Source: Eledone cirrhosa (taxonomy: Eukaryota). From it: a stretch of DNA of 64,000 nt. This document shows, one piece after another, positions 13,062-27,597 of the stretch (positions are counted from its first letter, which is position 1; each line of letters starts with the position of its first letter). The DNA lies in assembly GCA_964016885.1 (NCBI GenBank), contig OZ024743.1:33728001-33792000 (forward strand), written 5' to 3'. The position numbers were made by a program, and so were the translations under genes. The notes under the pieces are model-generated. The model did no database searches. It was given only the letters and a program-made list of their open reading frames with translations, and was not told where the DNA came from.

Positions 13062-14845
13062 TTAAATGCTCATTATGTTCCAAATGCCTATGTTGGAGAT
13101 TGTATCAATCAATATTGTTTCCTATTTTACTAAAATATCAAAATGAATCAGAAGTACAAGGTAACAATCAAAGATTAACAGTAAAAATGAAGAAATACAC
13201 TCAGTTCTGTTTATATGCTACTACATGATTTTGTTTGATTATATTTGCTGTTACAAGAACATTTACTTCATATAACCTAATGTTTCAATAACCCATTATT
13301 ATAGTAGGTTATTGAAAGAAAAGTAAAATTTTAGCAAGTATATATTCTTGTAGTAACATAAGTTACATATGTATCAACAGAATTTAAGTGCAATTCATCA
13401 TTTCACCACTTCCATTATTGTTTTACATTCTATTTCTAAATCGTTTCAATCAATGTATGTTTAAATACAACAAAACTTTGCTCATAATAAGTTTTGAATG
13501 TGGTTTTTCAATTTATTAAGATACTGATAAAAAAATTTAATGACGAAATTGTCAGATCTTAAATATTTCTCGTTCAAAAATCAAGATCAAAAAGTCATTA
13601 AAGTATAAAACTAAATTTAAAGAATAATTAGAGGTTTTCTTTATGCTTAGACAATAAATACTTTGTTCATCATTCCACAAACTGACTAGTAAAATTGAGT
13701 ATAAACTTAAGTAGACCAGCATTGACAAAATCAAATTGGTTTCCCCCCCAAAAAAAACATGATTATGTGATTCTCACGGTGTTGATGTTACACATGTGGA
13801 TACATATTAGCCTACACCAGTAAAGTTTAAAGTTTAATTTATTTTTTATTTTGTTTAAGTTTTCAATATATTTTATACACCAATTCAGTTCAATTTGAAT
13901 AAATGTCTCCCTTTTCTGTGCATAATTATAGTAAAGAAAACTCGGTGGGTATTATACACAAGAGACAGTTTATTGGAGATCTCTTTGCCCATAATTAGAT
14001 ATACACAAATAAATACACTATTTCTAAAGCATTGCAATATCACATATGAGAGATAATTACATGCTTTCTCATTGTTTTCTTGAGAAAATAAATACTGTCA
14101 GTATAATAAATGTCTTATTTTCTTAAAATATTTAATATCTATATCTGATTAGCTTTTTTAAAACTTTGAATGCTCTGTATGTGTAAGCACCTGTGATTGT
14201 GTGCGTCTTTGCCTTATGTCTGTATCTCCATGGGTAAATATGTCTATATCTTTGGATTAGATGTTTTTCAGTTGAATCAGTCAACTGGTACAGACTAGGT
14301 GTGTCTTCAAGCCATACTTTATAGTAGAGTTTTACTAATGTACACATTAAAGAATGGAACTTAAAAATGTATATGATATATGTGTGTATATATTCACAAA
14401 ACTAAATATGTATTGTTTCTAAATATTATGTATCAGCTGTCTGAAAGCAAATTCAAATGTTTATAGCATATGTAGAAGCTGTCTTGCATTAGCTATACAG
14501 TTTCTAGTAATTTAACTGAGATGTTTAAATCAAGTCTTCTATTCTTTCAATTATAATTGGTCTGCATTAGAAATTGTTTCTATTTCTACTGAAATATTTT
14601 CAAGATTCATTGTAATAAAATAATGTTTAATATGGAATAAATTAATCTTTTCAACCCAAACATTACAACTGTAATTCTCTCTCGTCTTGCCTACATAGTC
14701 CTATTTTCTTCCTTATTTTCCCCCGTCTTCCTCTCTCCTTAATCCTGTCCTTCTGATATCAAGTGAATTTTCTATCAACAGCAGCTCACCCTGGTGACTG
14801 CTCTGCAAGCTATATTGAATTTTAAAGGTGTTCGTTACTTTTCAG

Positions 14846-14943
14846 TCATCGAAGGCGGAATAGCACAGGCCGTACCCGAACACCCCAAGAGGGAAAATAT
14901 TTTCTCTCTCAGCACTGCATTTGGAGATGCTTACCTATTTCAG
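14846..14943 (+). CDS. sif: still life/TIAM1-like Rac GEF, internal exon (C-terminal part of N-terminal PH domain)
   Basis: ttttcag acceptor and CAG|gtagta donor. Encodes (x)[32 protein letters not shown], which matches the recalled Sif/TIAM PH motif [19 protein letters not shown]. Phase 1 start, phase 0 end. Confidence 0.93.
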
Positions 14944-16145
14944 GTAGTAAATATTTCTTTTTGTTTGTATTTCTTGTTTAAGTACAAATGGAAATTTGGA
15001 AGGAAAAGAAACATTCAACTGTTTCTAGTTTCTTGTCCTTTTCCCTCTGTACTCTACATATCAACTGTACAATGTTAAAAAAAACAATGGAGTTTTTTTA
15101 TCATTATTTTAAAACTACATGCTAAATGTTTTGAAAATGAGAATTTTCAAACTTTTGGTTTTCTTATTTTTACAGCTATGAGTTCCTTGCTTAATTGGCA
15201 GTGAAACATTAGAAAGTGCTTTTTTTTTTCATTTGTATTTCTTATAAACCTTTTCAACAATTTGGGTTCTGCCGATTCCAAAACACAAGATTTTGAAAAA
15301 TGAATTTTTCAGACATACATTCGTCAGTATATATTAAAAGTCATTTCCAAAATAATTGATGATCTCTCTCTGTATTTTGGTGAACACATTCTTTGGTTAT
15401 CTACAACCATTGAAAAATTACAAAACGGAAATTAATTGAATAGTATCTACATTAATGCTTCAAACTGGTCATCCTGGTATTTATATTGAGACCAGAATTG
15501 TTAGTGAAATTTAAACAGATTGTACAGTTTAAAAAATATAAATTTGAAAATTTTTCTCTCCTCATTTTCTCCTTAATTTTGACATTTTAATATATTGAGG
15601 AATGAAATCTGAAAAAGTTCATAATGAGGTGTTATGTATAAAAGAAAAAAAAAAAAGTTTTAAGTGGAACTTTTAAAAATCAAATCAAAATAAAACTGAA
15701 AAGAAACCAAGAACTGAAGCAGCTTTACAACTTGACAGTGATGAGGATGTGGATGATGATTGACACTGCTATTAGGTAATGTTTCTATTATCTGCTTTGT
15801 TTTAATCCTTGTATCATGTAGCACCCATATGTGTCAGAGGTGTGCCAGTTGCAAGCAAGAGAACAAAGTCAACATTGTTCATAAAACACTAGTCTTTGCT
15901 CCACCTCAGAAATAGAATCATAGAGGGGAAAAGAAGAAAAATTAACTAGCTTCAATTTAATGTCAAGCATAATAATCTTTAATTTGACCCTTTGAGTTAG
16001 TTGTTGATGGCATTATCATAAGGGCTGGTGTTATGAATGTCATCTCTTTTATGAGGGGTTTTCTGTTTTTGAACCCCAAGTTTTTCACAATTGAAGGCTG
16101 AAATAGATTGTGTTAACTACTAAGAGAATAAAAAGCCAGTACATT

Positions 16146-16178
16146 TAACACACACACACATGCACACGCACACACACA

Positions 16179-16251
<73 letters not shown>
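16146..16251. repeat. (CA)n-(CT)n compound microsatellite
   Basis: Read directly from the sequence. Confidence 0.95.
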
Positions 16252-16255
<4 letters not shown>

Positions 16256-17107
16256 CTATGCCTGAATTAAGGAAGGACAAACATTTTACAAATAGGGTTT
16301 TCAGCTTTACAGCCACAAATTTCCTATCATATATTTCAAACCCTATGTATGCATGTTTAATTTTACATGCCATTAGTTGATGCTTTATGCTGAGTGTTTT
16401 TGTTCTTAGTTATTAGTTCCTAATGAAACGTACTAATACTGCATTACTAAAATAGCTTTATGGTTCAGATAAATGCTTAATGAACAATCAGAGCTGTTTA
16501 TTCATACTCATCTGATTGTACTTAATATAAATGAAGGTGTTTGAATGTGAATAAGTACATAAATCTCTTCATTTATAATCACATATGAAAATGTGGATTC
16601 CTGTATCTTTAAATTTGAGCAATATTGGCTTCTTTTTCTCGAACACACATCTGACACTTGGACTAGAGCATGGGCTAGAGTTGGCAGATATAAAGAGAAG
16701 CTGGGTAGATGTTTGCTGCATTTCCTGATGGAAAGAAGCATGAACTAATCAAACAGAAATCATTTATCATGAAATATATAATGCAGCCTCACATGTGTGC
16801 TTGAATAAAGAAAAAGTCAGAAAAATCACTCAATTCATTCAATGGCTTACATGAAATTCCATAAAGGAACCGGTCTTCTTGGTTATTGGCAATGACTAAA
16901 AGAACATGCAATATTTGACTTCAGACGTTTGGATAATCTGATATTTTTTAAAGAATAGTTTGGGTGAAAGTTATTTAAAATACTATTTGAATTTGGAGAG
17001 CAATGAACAAATGACATTTTATTAACTGACGCAAAATTACAACGAACAACACTTCAATTTTCATTTTGAATTCTATGTAATAGAACATTTCCATTGTTAT
17101 GTATTAA

Positions 17108-17346
17108 CCCTATTCTTACTGTATTTCTAATGTAAAACACTGTTTATGGATTTCAAGTCAATTCCAAAATACTCAAGAATTTGGAGAACAGTGATATAAA
17201 TAACATTCTCATTACTTATCTGATGTTTGGAACATAACCTGATAAAAGTTCTAACATAAAATGAGGTTAGGTTTTTAAATAAATATTTAAAATAAATAGT
17301 ATTATATTCTTGAAGTGCTGGCTCAGGTGATTTGGTATCAAAAGGG
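17108..17346 (+). mobile_element. piggyBac-type MITE family B
   Basis: TTAA|CCC...TTTGGTATCAAAAGGG|TTAA. Further partial copies near 2500-2660, 3511-3760, 4690-4840, 5509-5738, 28028-28268 (-), 28435-28636, 50720-50914 and 62752-62975. Confidence 0.75.
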
Positions 17347-18679
17347 TTAAATATGTTATGGAAATGTTGTCAATGGTTCTCTCTCAATATGTATACTCCT
17401 ATTACATGAGGAAGAAGTTATACTCTCCTATCTCACTAAATTATTTTACTAATTTATTTAATACAGTTTGCATGAAAATTACTAATATATTGTTTATGAC
17501 TTAAGGAAATATTGAGATCACTACTTTGATTTGATGCTCATGTTTCTCACTAAATTTTCCCAAAATAAACCTTATCTTCAAATAGTCAATAATTAATTCA
17601 TGACAATGTGTGTATGGAGAATTTAAGCATTTCTCTGTAGGCTGCAAAAAAATAGTTAATCTCTTTCTCCCATACTTTCATTCTCTTGGAAAGGAAATTA
17701 TTTGAAACTGAAGTCATATTTGCAGTTAATATAAACTTGAAATTGCTCAATTCTGTCCTGCTCTGCTTGCCTATATTTGGAATTTCATTTAATCCACTTC
17801 CTTACCACTCTCATTGAACATAACTTGTATATTGTGCATATGCAAACAGGCTGCTTATCTGGGCACCCACATCACTTCAGTTCACTTGTATTCCTCCACA
17901 AATTCACTTACAATTACTTTCTTCAGGAAAGTCAATCACTGAGAAAATAACTAGCAAATGACTTGCTTTCTTACCAACTTTTATCTATACTGAATAGCAC
18001 AGATCATTCATTTCTGTGAGTCATCTGTTCTTTAACAATAATGTCTGATATGGTTTTTGTTTGTATTATTATTATTATTAACTTCCCTGTTTTGGGCTTG
18101 AAAATTTTTATTAAAAAGGAATCAAAAATTTTTCCGACAAATAATGAACAAAATGATTTTAAATATGACTATTTCATTCGAAAGTGAAATATCTAATAAA
18201 AATTGAGCAACATCCGAGTCAATTGACGTAAATGGAAGATGTTATATACATTCTTTAATATATTGTAAACAACTAGAAATATATAATTATAACATTTAAT
18301 TTGATTTGGTTAAAATTAATTCACATCCAAACTAGGCATTTGTGTTTAAAGAGGAAACATATAAGTATTTTTAGATTTGAAAATAGAAAATGTGGACAAT
18401 AAAGATGTGTATTAGTTCGCTGTGAGAAGAGACGAGCAGTTCATGCAAAAGTTCTCGCTTAAAGTGTTATGATTAACATTGACGTTAATTCACAGCTCTT
18501 TTGTTACAGAAATCATAGTTAGTCAATTAGACTATTTGTTTTTAATTGTTGGGCTTTGAATTGATATATATATATATATATAATATGTATTATATTATAT
18601 ATATTATATATGTTATATTATATATATTATATTATATATATTTTATATTATATATATATTATATTATATATATATTATA

Positions 18680-18864
18680 AGGTGGATTGGCAGTATCGGT
18701 AGAGGGTCGGACGTCATGCTTTCCAGCATAGTTACGTCCCTTTACGTTCTGAGTTCAAATCCCGCCGAGGTTGACTTTGCCTTTCATCCTTACGGGGTCG
18801 ATAAAATAAAGTACCAGTAATGCACTGGGTAATTGCTGGCCTTGTGCCTAAAGTAGAAACAATT
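18680..18864 (+). mobile_element. tRNA-derived SINE family 1
   Basis: Full-length consensus match within an (AT)n-rich tract. Confidence 0.9.
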
Positions 18865-18942
18865 ATATATATATTATATTATATACATATATTATATTAT
18901 ATATATATATATATATATATTTATTATATATATATATATATG

Positions 18943-18973
<31 letters not shown>

Positions 18974-18984
18974 ATATATATTAA

Positions 18985-19172
18985 GGGCGGTGGATTGGCA
19001 GTATTGGTAGAGGGTCGGACGCCATGCTTTGACGCATAGTTACAGCCCTTGCCATTCTGAGTTCAAATCCCGTAGAGGTTAACTTTGCCTTTCATCCTTA
19101 CGGAGTCGATAAAATAAAGTACCAGTAATGCACTGGGTAGTTGCTGGCCTTGTGCCAAAGGTAGGAACAATT
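18985..19172 (+). mobile_element. tRNA-derived SINE family 1
   Basis: Full-length consensus match starting GGGCGGTGGATTGGCAG. Confidence 0.9.
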
Positions 19173-19190
19173 ATATATATACATATAGGT

Positions 19191-19535
19191 GGAGGTACAT
19201 GGCTTAGTGGTTAGAGCATTGGCCTTGCAATCGAAAGGTTGTGAGTTCAATTCTCAGACCGGGTGATGTGTTGTTTCCTTGAGCAAGACACTTTATTTCA
19301 CATTGCTCCAGTTTACTCAGCTGTAGAAATGAGATGATAGGGACTAGGGTCCATATCATTCCACTGCAAAGTGGTCGTGGAGGTGCCACGGCAAAAAAGC
19401 ACCCAGCACTCACTGTAAATGAGGTTGGTGTTAGGAAGGGCATCCAGCTGTAGAAATCAAGCCAGAATCAGTTCCCGTCCCACCCTTGTAAGCAGGGAAA
19501 AAGCGGACGTAAAATGAAATGATGAAAATGAAATG
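19191..19535 (+). mobile_element. tRNA-derived SINE family 2 (CORE-like segment, RTE-like (GAT)n tail)
   Basis: A box TGGCTTAGTGG, B box GAGTTCAATTC, CCTTGAGCAAGACACTT, GTTAGGAAGGGCATCCAGCTGTAGAAA and tail GGACGTAAAATGAAATGATGA. Nearly identical to 60240-60584. Confidence 0.88.
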
Positions 19536-19546
19536 ATATATATATA

Positions 19547-19815
19547 GTTCAATTCTCAGACCGGGTGATGTGTTGTTTCCTTGAGCAACACATTGCTCTA
19601 GTTTATCCAGCAGTAGAAATGAGATGATAGGGACTGGGGTCCATATCATTCCACTGCAAAGTAGTCGTGTAGGCGCCATGGAAAAAAAGCACCCAGCACT
19701 CACTGTAAATGAGGTTGTTGTTAGGAAGGGCATCCAGCTGTAGAAATCAAGCCAGAATCAGTTCCCGTCTCACCCTTGCAACCAGGGAAAAAGCGGATGT
19801 AAAATTAAATGAAAT
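19547..19815 (+). mobile_element. SINE family 2, 5'-truncated tandem copy
   Basis: Repeats 19244-19520 with a small deletion. Confidence 0.85.
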
Positions 19816-22800
19816 GAATATATACACACGCACACATACACACACACATAACATAAGAATGGTAATAAAATATATATTTTATTACCATTCATATTTATTC
19901 CCTTCAGAAATAGATTTCACACTATTACAATTCTACTTCTGTCTCTATATTACTCATAGTGAATAGATTTAGTTAAGGTATAATACATCTACCACTTAAT
20001 GTTAGTGTAAAACAAGGGGATATTTCCTGATAAATCCTACTTTCAAATATGAATACTGAACAACATATAGTTAAGGATATGACAGTTGCAGCAGGAATTT
20101 ATTTTTGTTCAGCATATGAAAGCATGAGAATACAGAACTATATGAAATGTTGATGATAATGGTGAGTGAAGAATTTATTCCAATAAGTAGCACATCAATA
20201 AACTTGGCTACTTTTGCAACATGCTACAGAAGTTATTTTAGATTTCCCATACAATGTTAATTTTCTTGTGCCACAATGTTATAATCGTATTAAGTAAAGA
20301 AAAATGAATTTAGGCTAATCCAACTATTCTATTTTCTGGATCAGCTGCTTTGGAGTTGAGTTTGAGCAGCTTAGAAAATAAGCTACAACAATTTTTGAAC
20401 TGAACTTTCTGTTATTGATACATTCTAATGTGCATTAGAGAGAGATTCATCATAGATTGAATGGTGGCCTAACATGAGATGTCTGCTAATTACATTACTA
20501 ATGACCTGAAAATATATTTAGGGGAGCATATAAACCAGATATTTTATAATCATACTTAAAATGAAAACTTGGTGAACTTTAAGAGAAGATAAGAAATGAA
20601 AAATGGAAATGTTTTTAAATGTTGCAATTCTTCTATTATTCTGTTAGTTTCAGCCATTAGACTGTGGATATGCTGGAGTACTGCTCTGGTTTATTCAATC
20701 ATATTGACCCCAGTACTTGTTTTTTTCTTATAAAATTATAGAATTTAGAAATACAAAATATTTTCTAAAATATTTCATTGAAATATTATTTTAAAAGATT
20801 GAAATAAACCACATATTCTATTATTATATAAATGTTTAGTATTTCTTATGCACCTATTAGGAATCTTTTCTTTTGACACACTTTAGATAGAACTTCATGA
20901 TAAAGTTACAAATTTTTAACTCCCTCAAAGAAGGAATTTCTTAGTCAACTGTATAGGTATTTACTCAGAGTTTTGACTTAAATATTAAACAATATAAGAA
21001 AATTAATTATTGATAGAGAGGCAGATATGAATTGTAGCTTATGTAGTAAAAACATTTACTGTGTCAATCAGACATTTAAAATGAACATTGCTATATGTAT
21101 TGAAATACGACAAGGACGTATCATATAAGATTGTATAACTGCTACCAAATACAAGTCAGTTTGAAAACACCATAACTTGGCATCAAGAATGAAATAGTTT
21201 AAAATCTACATTGTGTCATTTGGAATAATGTCCTCAAAGTTTATATATATTAACTATGAAAAAACATTGGTCAAAAAGCATTTATTATAAAACATTTGTA
21301 GGTAACATTCATACAATTCATATAGCACTCAATACTTTCATCTTCATTTCATGTCAATTGATACAATCTCATAAGCAGGTTTGTTGTGAGATAAATAATT
21401 TTGATGCACTGCAATTTTTATCATAAAACATTCAGGCTGCAATGTTCCTTTGCTGTATTCACTCCAAAATCAAACATGCATAAACATATATACAGTTTAT
21501 TTATCATGAACAATTTTCAATTGAAATTATACTCTTCCTACATAGACATATGGAATTGTATATTTGTTTACATGTATGTTTTCACTTGTGTACATATACA
21601 ACATACTCACGTGCACATATAGAACTGTGTGTATGTATGTACTTATGTATGTATGTATGTCATCCTATGGATGTGTGTTTAATCATATGCTTACATTTAT
21701 CTTATTGATTGCTTTGTATCATCTGTGTGTCTTTCTATATGAGAAGCTAATGATTTAGTTATTAAATTAAATTGCTAATAGATTATAACATTTTAAGTTA
21801 TAAAATGCTGTTAGACCCAATAAATTAGTTGTTCGTTTGTTTTAACATTACAGAATTATCATATATACTTGTATACATGCCAAGAAATATATAAACCCCC
21901 CCCCCCACACACACACACACAAAGGTAAAATAGTAAATGGGGGAGTCAGGTTATATTTGAGGTTAATCTTTACAATTTTCACCAACTTAAAATTGTATGT
22001 AAATAAGGTACTAATCTATCTAATGTGATTATTTTCCAATGAAACACTATTTTTCTACATTGACTACATCATTGTTAATGTTATTTATGCATTCCCTTGA
22101 AAATATTTTCAACAAGGTTTTATAATACCGCATACATGCACATATGTGCCTGCTGTTTTTCTCTGATTTAATACTTCTTCTTTCAATCCTACGTGAGATT
22201 GAAATCTTACTTCTGACTTCGATTTTATTGCTCTTGCTCTCTCCCCCTTGTCCTCTATGAATCCTTATACAAAGTTCTGTTATTCAATCTCTTGTTTTCA
22301 AAGTGCTTCCAGCATGTGAGTGACTGGAAATAAACAAAAATTCAAGAAATTTGTTGAAACTTTATAAAATGGATGAAATGGTAAAAAAGCATTATGTAAT
22401 GTAGTTGTGAAATGAAAACTATATCCTAAAGGACACTTGAAACATTTTCAACTTCAAAATATTAAAACCTCATAAATATATTTTATACTCATGAGAATTT
22501 CAAAACCAGGCCTTCTTAAATGTAATGCCTCATCTTATAAATGGAGTTTGGATTTTGGCCCATTTCAAAGACTTAAAATAAGAATTGACTTATATTTGAG
22601 TATATATAGTAACTTTATCCAAACGATATCTTTACTGCTATCAAAAACTGATTTTATAAAAAATTACTGGAAGTACTGAGTTAAATGGATACATTAAATA
22701 CTGGTCAGCCAAATTTTGGGGGTTATGGTCTGAACTGGATATGTTTATGTCTAGCATGCTAAGTTGAATAAAATTAAACCATAATCATACAAGGCTATGA

Positions 22801-22889
22801 AAAATACTTTAAACTAAAAATGACTTTTATGTTTATACGCATTTAACATAGTGTAAAATATATAATTTTCATTGTTGATATAAAGAATG

Positions 22890-23097
22890 GTGGCAGATTG
22901 GCAGAATCATTATAGTGATGGACAAAATACCTTTCAGGATGATGTGTTTTAGCCATTTACATTCTGAGTTGAAATCATTACAAGGTCAACTATGCCTTCC
23001 ATCCTTGATAAAATACAGTACCAGTTAAGTTCTGGGTCAATATAATCTATTTTCCCTCCCATCAAAATTGCTGGCCTTGTACATAAATTAGAAACCA
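22890..23097 (+). mobile_element. Older diverged SINE related to family 1
   Basis: TTGGCAGAATC...TTCTGAGTTGAAATC...GCCTTCCATCC...GCTGGCCTTGT...TAGAAAC. Similar diverged copies near 38355-38575, 48480-48610 (-) and 52850-53000. Confidence 0.65.
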
Positions 23098-26000
23098 AAA
23101 GAATTACCTAATTGCATTAATAAAAATATTTGTTTTACTAAGCCATTGAAAGCTCAGAAATTTAACTGAGAATAATTCATATAAATGAAGTAGAACAAAA
23201 ATTGATAGGGAAAACAGAATTTTTGTATGTTATATTTCATATTGAAGGAAATCTGCAAGCCAGATGAAATATAGCTGTGGGACAGATTTGACCTGTTGTC
23301 TGTAGTTTACAGAGCCCCTACTTTAAAATATGGTTCATAACTGAACACATCTATTTGTTGTTTCTGTAAAATGGATTTGGATATGATTTATTTCATTATC
23401 CTGTGACTTTGAGTTACTTTTGCTATAATTGTTATCAAATTATAGTTCAAAAGTGTTATTCACTTTAACCCTTTCTTGGCTCAGTTCAGTTCTTAGAGAA
23501 AGTAAAACTGATCATAATTACTGCTGTAGCAATCATTTCATTAATTGTAATGATGATGGTATTAAGGTGGTTGCATGGCTTTTGCCAATGTTATTATCAA
23601 TAAATAGCAATATAAACTAGATAAACAATAAAAAGTCAAGGATAAGTAAAATGTTTAGTTTTCTTGTGTCAACTCCACAGTGGACTCTCCCATTTCTACT
23701 GAAGGCATAGAGACACATTTATTTGATAATTAAAAACTTGATGTAGTTTGAAAATGAAATCAGATTGTTATGATATATCAAAGTTTAAAATCCTTAGGCC
23801 TTCTAGATATAGTATGACACACACGCAATTCAGTTTACCTGCTTTTTGTTTCATTCCTAATATTGCATGCATATATTTTGTTGTTTTCCACTTTCACAGT
23901 TTCTTCTAAGAAATGTACTGTTGTGAAAGTCTCCTCTGACATTGCATGTAATATTTTCTGCATAAAATGTTATTTATTTTCTCTTGTTTGGTTTTCTTTT
24001 ATTTATATACAATACAATTTAATGTTAAAATCTTTGCAAAAATGTTAATGAAAGTGTATAATAGCATTTCATTGTTCTAAAAGACTACACAATACAACTA
24101 TAGTTAGCACACTGGCCAAGTGAAAGGAGTCTTAAAATTTTTATTCATAGAAATCAACAGACTACTGATCTCCAGTACATTATTCGTTTTAATTTCTTTA
24201 GATGTTTTCTATTTTTTATAGCAAAGTAGAATCCAGCATCATTTCCGGTGAAACTGGGCTTGAACTTTTATTTCATTCCCATGAAAATGAAAGTTTTCTA
24301 CATAAAAATCACTGTGGAAACTGCTTTAAATAGATAATGGCAATGACACAGTGATTGTGCTGTTTAGAGGGATTATTTACTCCAGAGTATGAAGTGTCTT
24401 TGTTATATAAATAGAAAAAAAAAATTCTAGTATCTAAGCAATCTATTAAGAACAGTGTTCTGTCGATCACATAAAATTCCATAAATTATGTTTTCAAATA
24501 AAATCAAACCTATTTTTTAATGTGGTGTTAGAAAGCAATCTCTCAAAGCTAGCAGTGAAAAGGTTGACTGCATTTCTCTACTCAGAACAGAGTATCCAAA
24601 TAAACTAACAGAAAAGACATAGTTTATATATGGAAAGAAATAAAAACTGAATCTATCCATGCATAATAATCTTCACACGCAAGCTAAGAATTTTGTTTTA
24701 TACTATAGCTAGCTGTCATATCTTCTAATCGGAACTCCTATACAAGATAAAACTATTTGAATTGATTAAGAAAATCTCTAAAAGTTATTTTAAAGGAGAA
24801 GTTTTGCAAAGATTTTACATCTCACTGAATTAACTCTTTTATTAAATTTTGTTTTGTTTTTGTTGTTTTTTTTTAAATTATAAATATTCTTAAATAATAA
24901 TTCCATATAATCATGTAATAATATAAAGATCTTTACATTAACTGTCTAAAAGCAGTTTGTCTGTCAGTATAATGCTGACATTAAACTTAAAGTTGGGTAA
25001 TATATTTAAAATGATTGCCTGTATGTTTAACTTTTATAATGAGCAGTAGAACAATATAACTAAAATCTAATTATATTCTTCTGTTGTTCATCATTAAAGC
25101 AACAAATACATACAATCATTTTTCTTTGTTTGCTATCACTTCAATATTAATTTTACTGTGATCAAATCAAAGATAATTCCTCTATTATTCTGTATATGTA
25201 AATATGCAATTTCACTTTCTCCCAACAGGAAAAGTATTTAGTCTCATTATGTTGAGAAAATATATCTTTTAACTGTTTTACTAATTCTGGAAATATTAGA
25301 TATAGACAAATCCATTGATTTGGAATTTATTTTCCATTCAAAGTTCAGGCAATTTTATGAAAAACATCTTATACCGTTTAATATTCAAAAGTGATGATGA
25401 TGATATTAGCTGTCATATCAAATTACACCATCAATTTTTGTATGGTATTTCCCTTTAAAAGAAACTTATATAATTATCTGATGTCTCTCAACTTTATGTT
25501 CAGCAATATCAGTTACCTGATCTAAAATTGAACTTTAACATTCAACTAAAGCAGTATAAAACCTTTTAGAAACGATTGTATTTGTTAGTGTTTAGAAGGC
25601 AAGTGTGAGAAAGCTTGGAAGAGAAATAGCTTTTATATCTTACTATGTAAAATTATATAACTAATCTAAACTATATATAGAGAAAATATTAAGAATTTAG
25701 CTAGAAAGATCTCCTGTAACAACAATAGTTGATAGTTTTTCAATAGATTTCATTTCTTGTTTTTTTATGTTATAAATCACTTTTAGCTCAATGGTTAGAA
25801 CAGTCAGACATATTGGAAAGATATGAAGTTCAATTCTTCTTAGTGACTGCTGGCCACAATTTTTCCACCTATAAGGGGTCACTTGATTTTCTAAGTTGTT
25901 TATAGCATCTATGAACCTCAAACAAGTCGGACTACACACATACACACTAATAATGAGCTACAGGAGAATTAAAGAATGTATAATTTCTTGTCTTCACAGC

Positions 26001-26609
26001 AGAGAGTAGTTATACAAATATATATTTGTTAAAGACGTTTAGCATAAATTTCCTTCAAATGGAAGCCGATTTAGAGAATTCGCATTGGAAAGTAGATAAT
26101 GTAATTAGAAAATATAGACATCTAATCTTCATCTTAGAATAGCTTTTGATTTATTTATGACATTTTAATTAAGTTTATCTATGCTATCTTTATTTTAGTA
26201 TTTATTATCTTTTTAATTTCCAGAATTTTATTCCTTTTTATGAAAAATAGTTTTGTTCTCTTCCAGGCTTTCTTTTGTAACCTAATTAAAAAAAATATAT
26301 ATTTTATTATTTAGAATTAAAAACATGTTTAGTTGTTATCTTCCAGACTTTTCTTTTAAACATAATTTAATAATAATAATAATAATAATAATATTAAAAA
26401 ATTATATTTTATTGAGAGTTTATAATACATATTTGGTTGTTCTATAAGCTTTGTTTTTCTAAAGTGAAAATATAGAAAACTAATTTTAACCCCTTAATTT
26501 TATTTTTTATATTCTTCTATTTAATCTCTTTTTGTAAATCTGGTTCATTACTTTGGTTCTGAGTAGAATTAAAAGATAATTAAATGATGTGTATCCTTTG
26601 TCTTGACAG

Positions 26610-26753
26610 GCACCATCACAGATAGAACTGGAGAACTGGATCCGTGCCATTCATTCAGCGTGTGCATCGCTGTTTGCAAGGCAGCATGGGAAAGATAACA
26701 CCCTGAAGTTGCTTAAAAGTGAAATTCAGAGACTGGAAACCAACATAGACATG
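26610..26753 (+). CDS. sif: still life/TIAM1-like Rac GEF, internal exon (end of PH domain, start of coiled coil)
   Basis: ttgacag acceptor and ATG|gtgagt donor. 144 nt encoding APSQIELENWIRAIHSACASLFARQHGKDNTLKLLKSEIQRLETNIDM, in frame with both neighbouring exons. Not in the ORF track. Confidence 0.95.
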
Positions 26754-26883
26754 GTGAGTTCCCTTACATATTTGAAAGTTCTTCATTTAAACCGCACAAG
26801 GAGGAAATAATGTATCATCAACACTTCATATGCGTATTTCATACAAACTGTATCTCCTTCCTCTCTTTCTCTTTCTCTCTTGC

Positions 26884-26929
<46 letters not shown>

Positions 26930-27389
26930 TTGTGTGTGTGTGTGTATACACACACACAAAACACACATATATAGTCAGCACAGTATTGTATTTCCATATC
27001 CTTTCTCTGATACATCAGCTCATTGGAAGTAGATTTATCTAAATGGTAACCTTAATCATCAAAGAGAATTGTCAATAATCAATATCACAATTAGCTCTTT
27101 ATCTTATGCATATCTCAAAATAATTATATGCAGGTTTTAAATAGTTAATTTCCAAGTAAGATAGAATATATCTAGAAAAATATACAAACAGGTGTACTTA
27201 TAATGCCTACAATGGTGTGTATGTGTTTCTATGAGGAAAATAAAGATAGAATGTGAAAGAAAGACTGATTAATTGACTATCATCGACCAAAATATTCACT
27301 TTGTAGATTACAAAACAGTTCACTGCTAAAAACTATTGTAAACAATGAAATGGACCTTCGTTGGTGTCAACAGTATTCCAGTTGTTTAA

Positions 27390-27597
27390 CACTTTAGCAT
27401 TTACATTACTCTATTTATACTATTGTATTTTCGTGGTAAAGGCTTTATCTATCATAATATCGAATCTATCAGATTTTGGTATTATTTATATTGAGAACAA
27501 TGCCTTAACATCAGTATGAGTGGCTGGTTACAGCCAGTTTGAACAGAAAAAGGTGAGAGAATTCTGGCTGGATACAGCCGGTTTAAATACTAAAGGG
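27390..27597 (+). mobile_element. piggyBac-type MITE family A
   Basis: TTAA|CACTTTAGCATTTA...TAAATACTAAAGGG|TTAA. Confidence 0.85.

Noticed and set aside
15295-15335. Minus-strand CTGACGA...GAAA spacing resembling a hammerhead
   Set aside because: No stem II, stem I or stem III pairing, so likely a chance match. The same applies to CTGATGA at 35151 and the minus-strand match near 31207.
19204-19443. Near-identical 79-aa ORFs here and at 60253-60492 (also 19431-19733 and 29944-30186)
   Set aside because: They are antisense translations of SINE family 2 copies, not a gene family.
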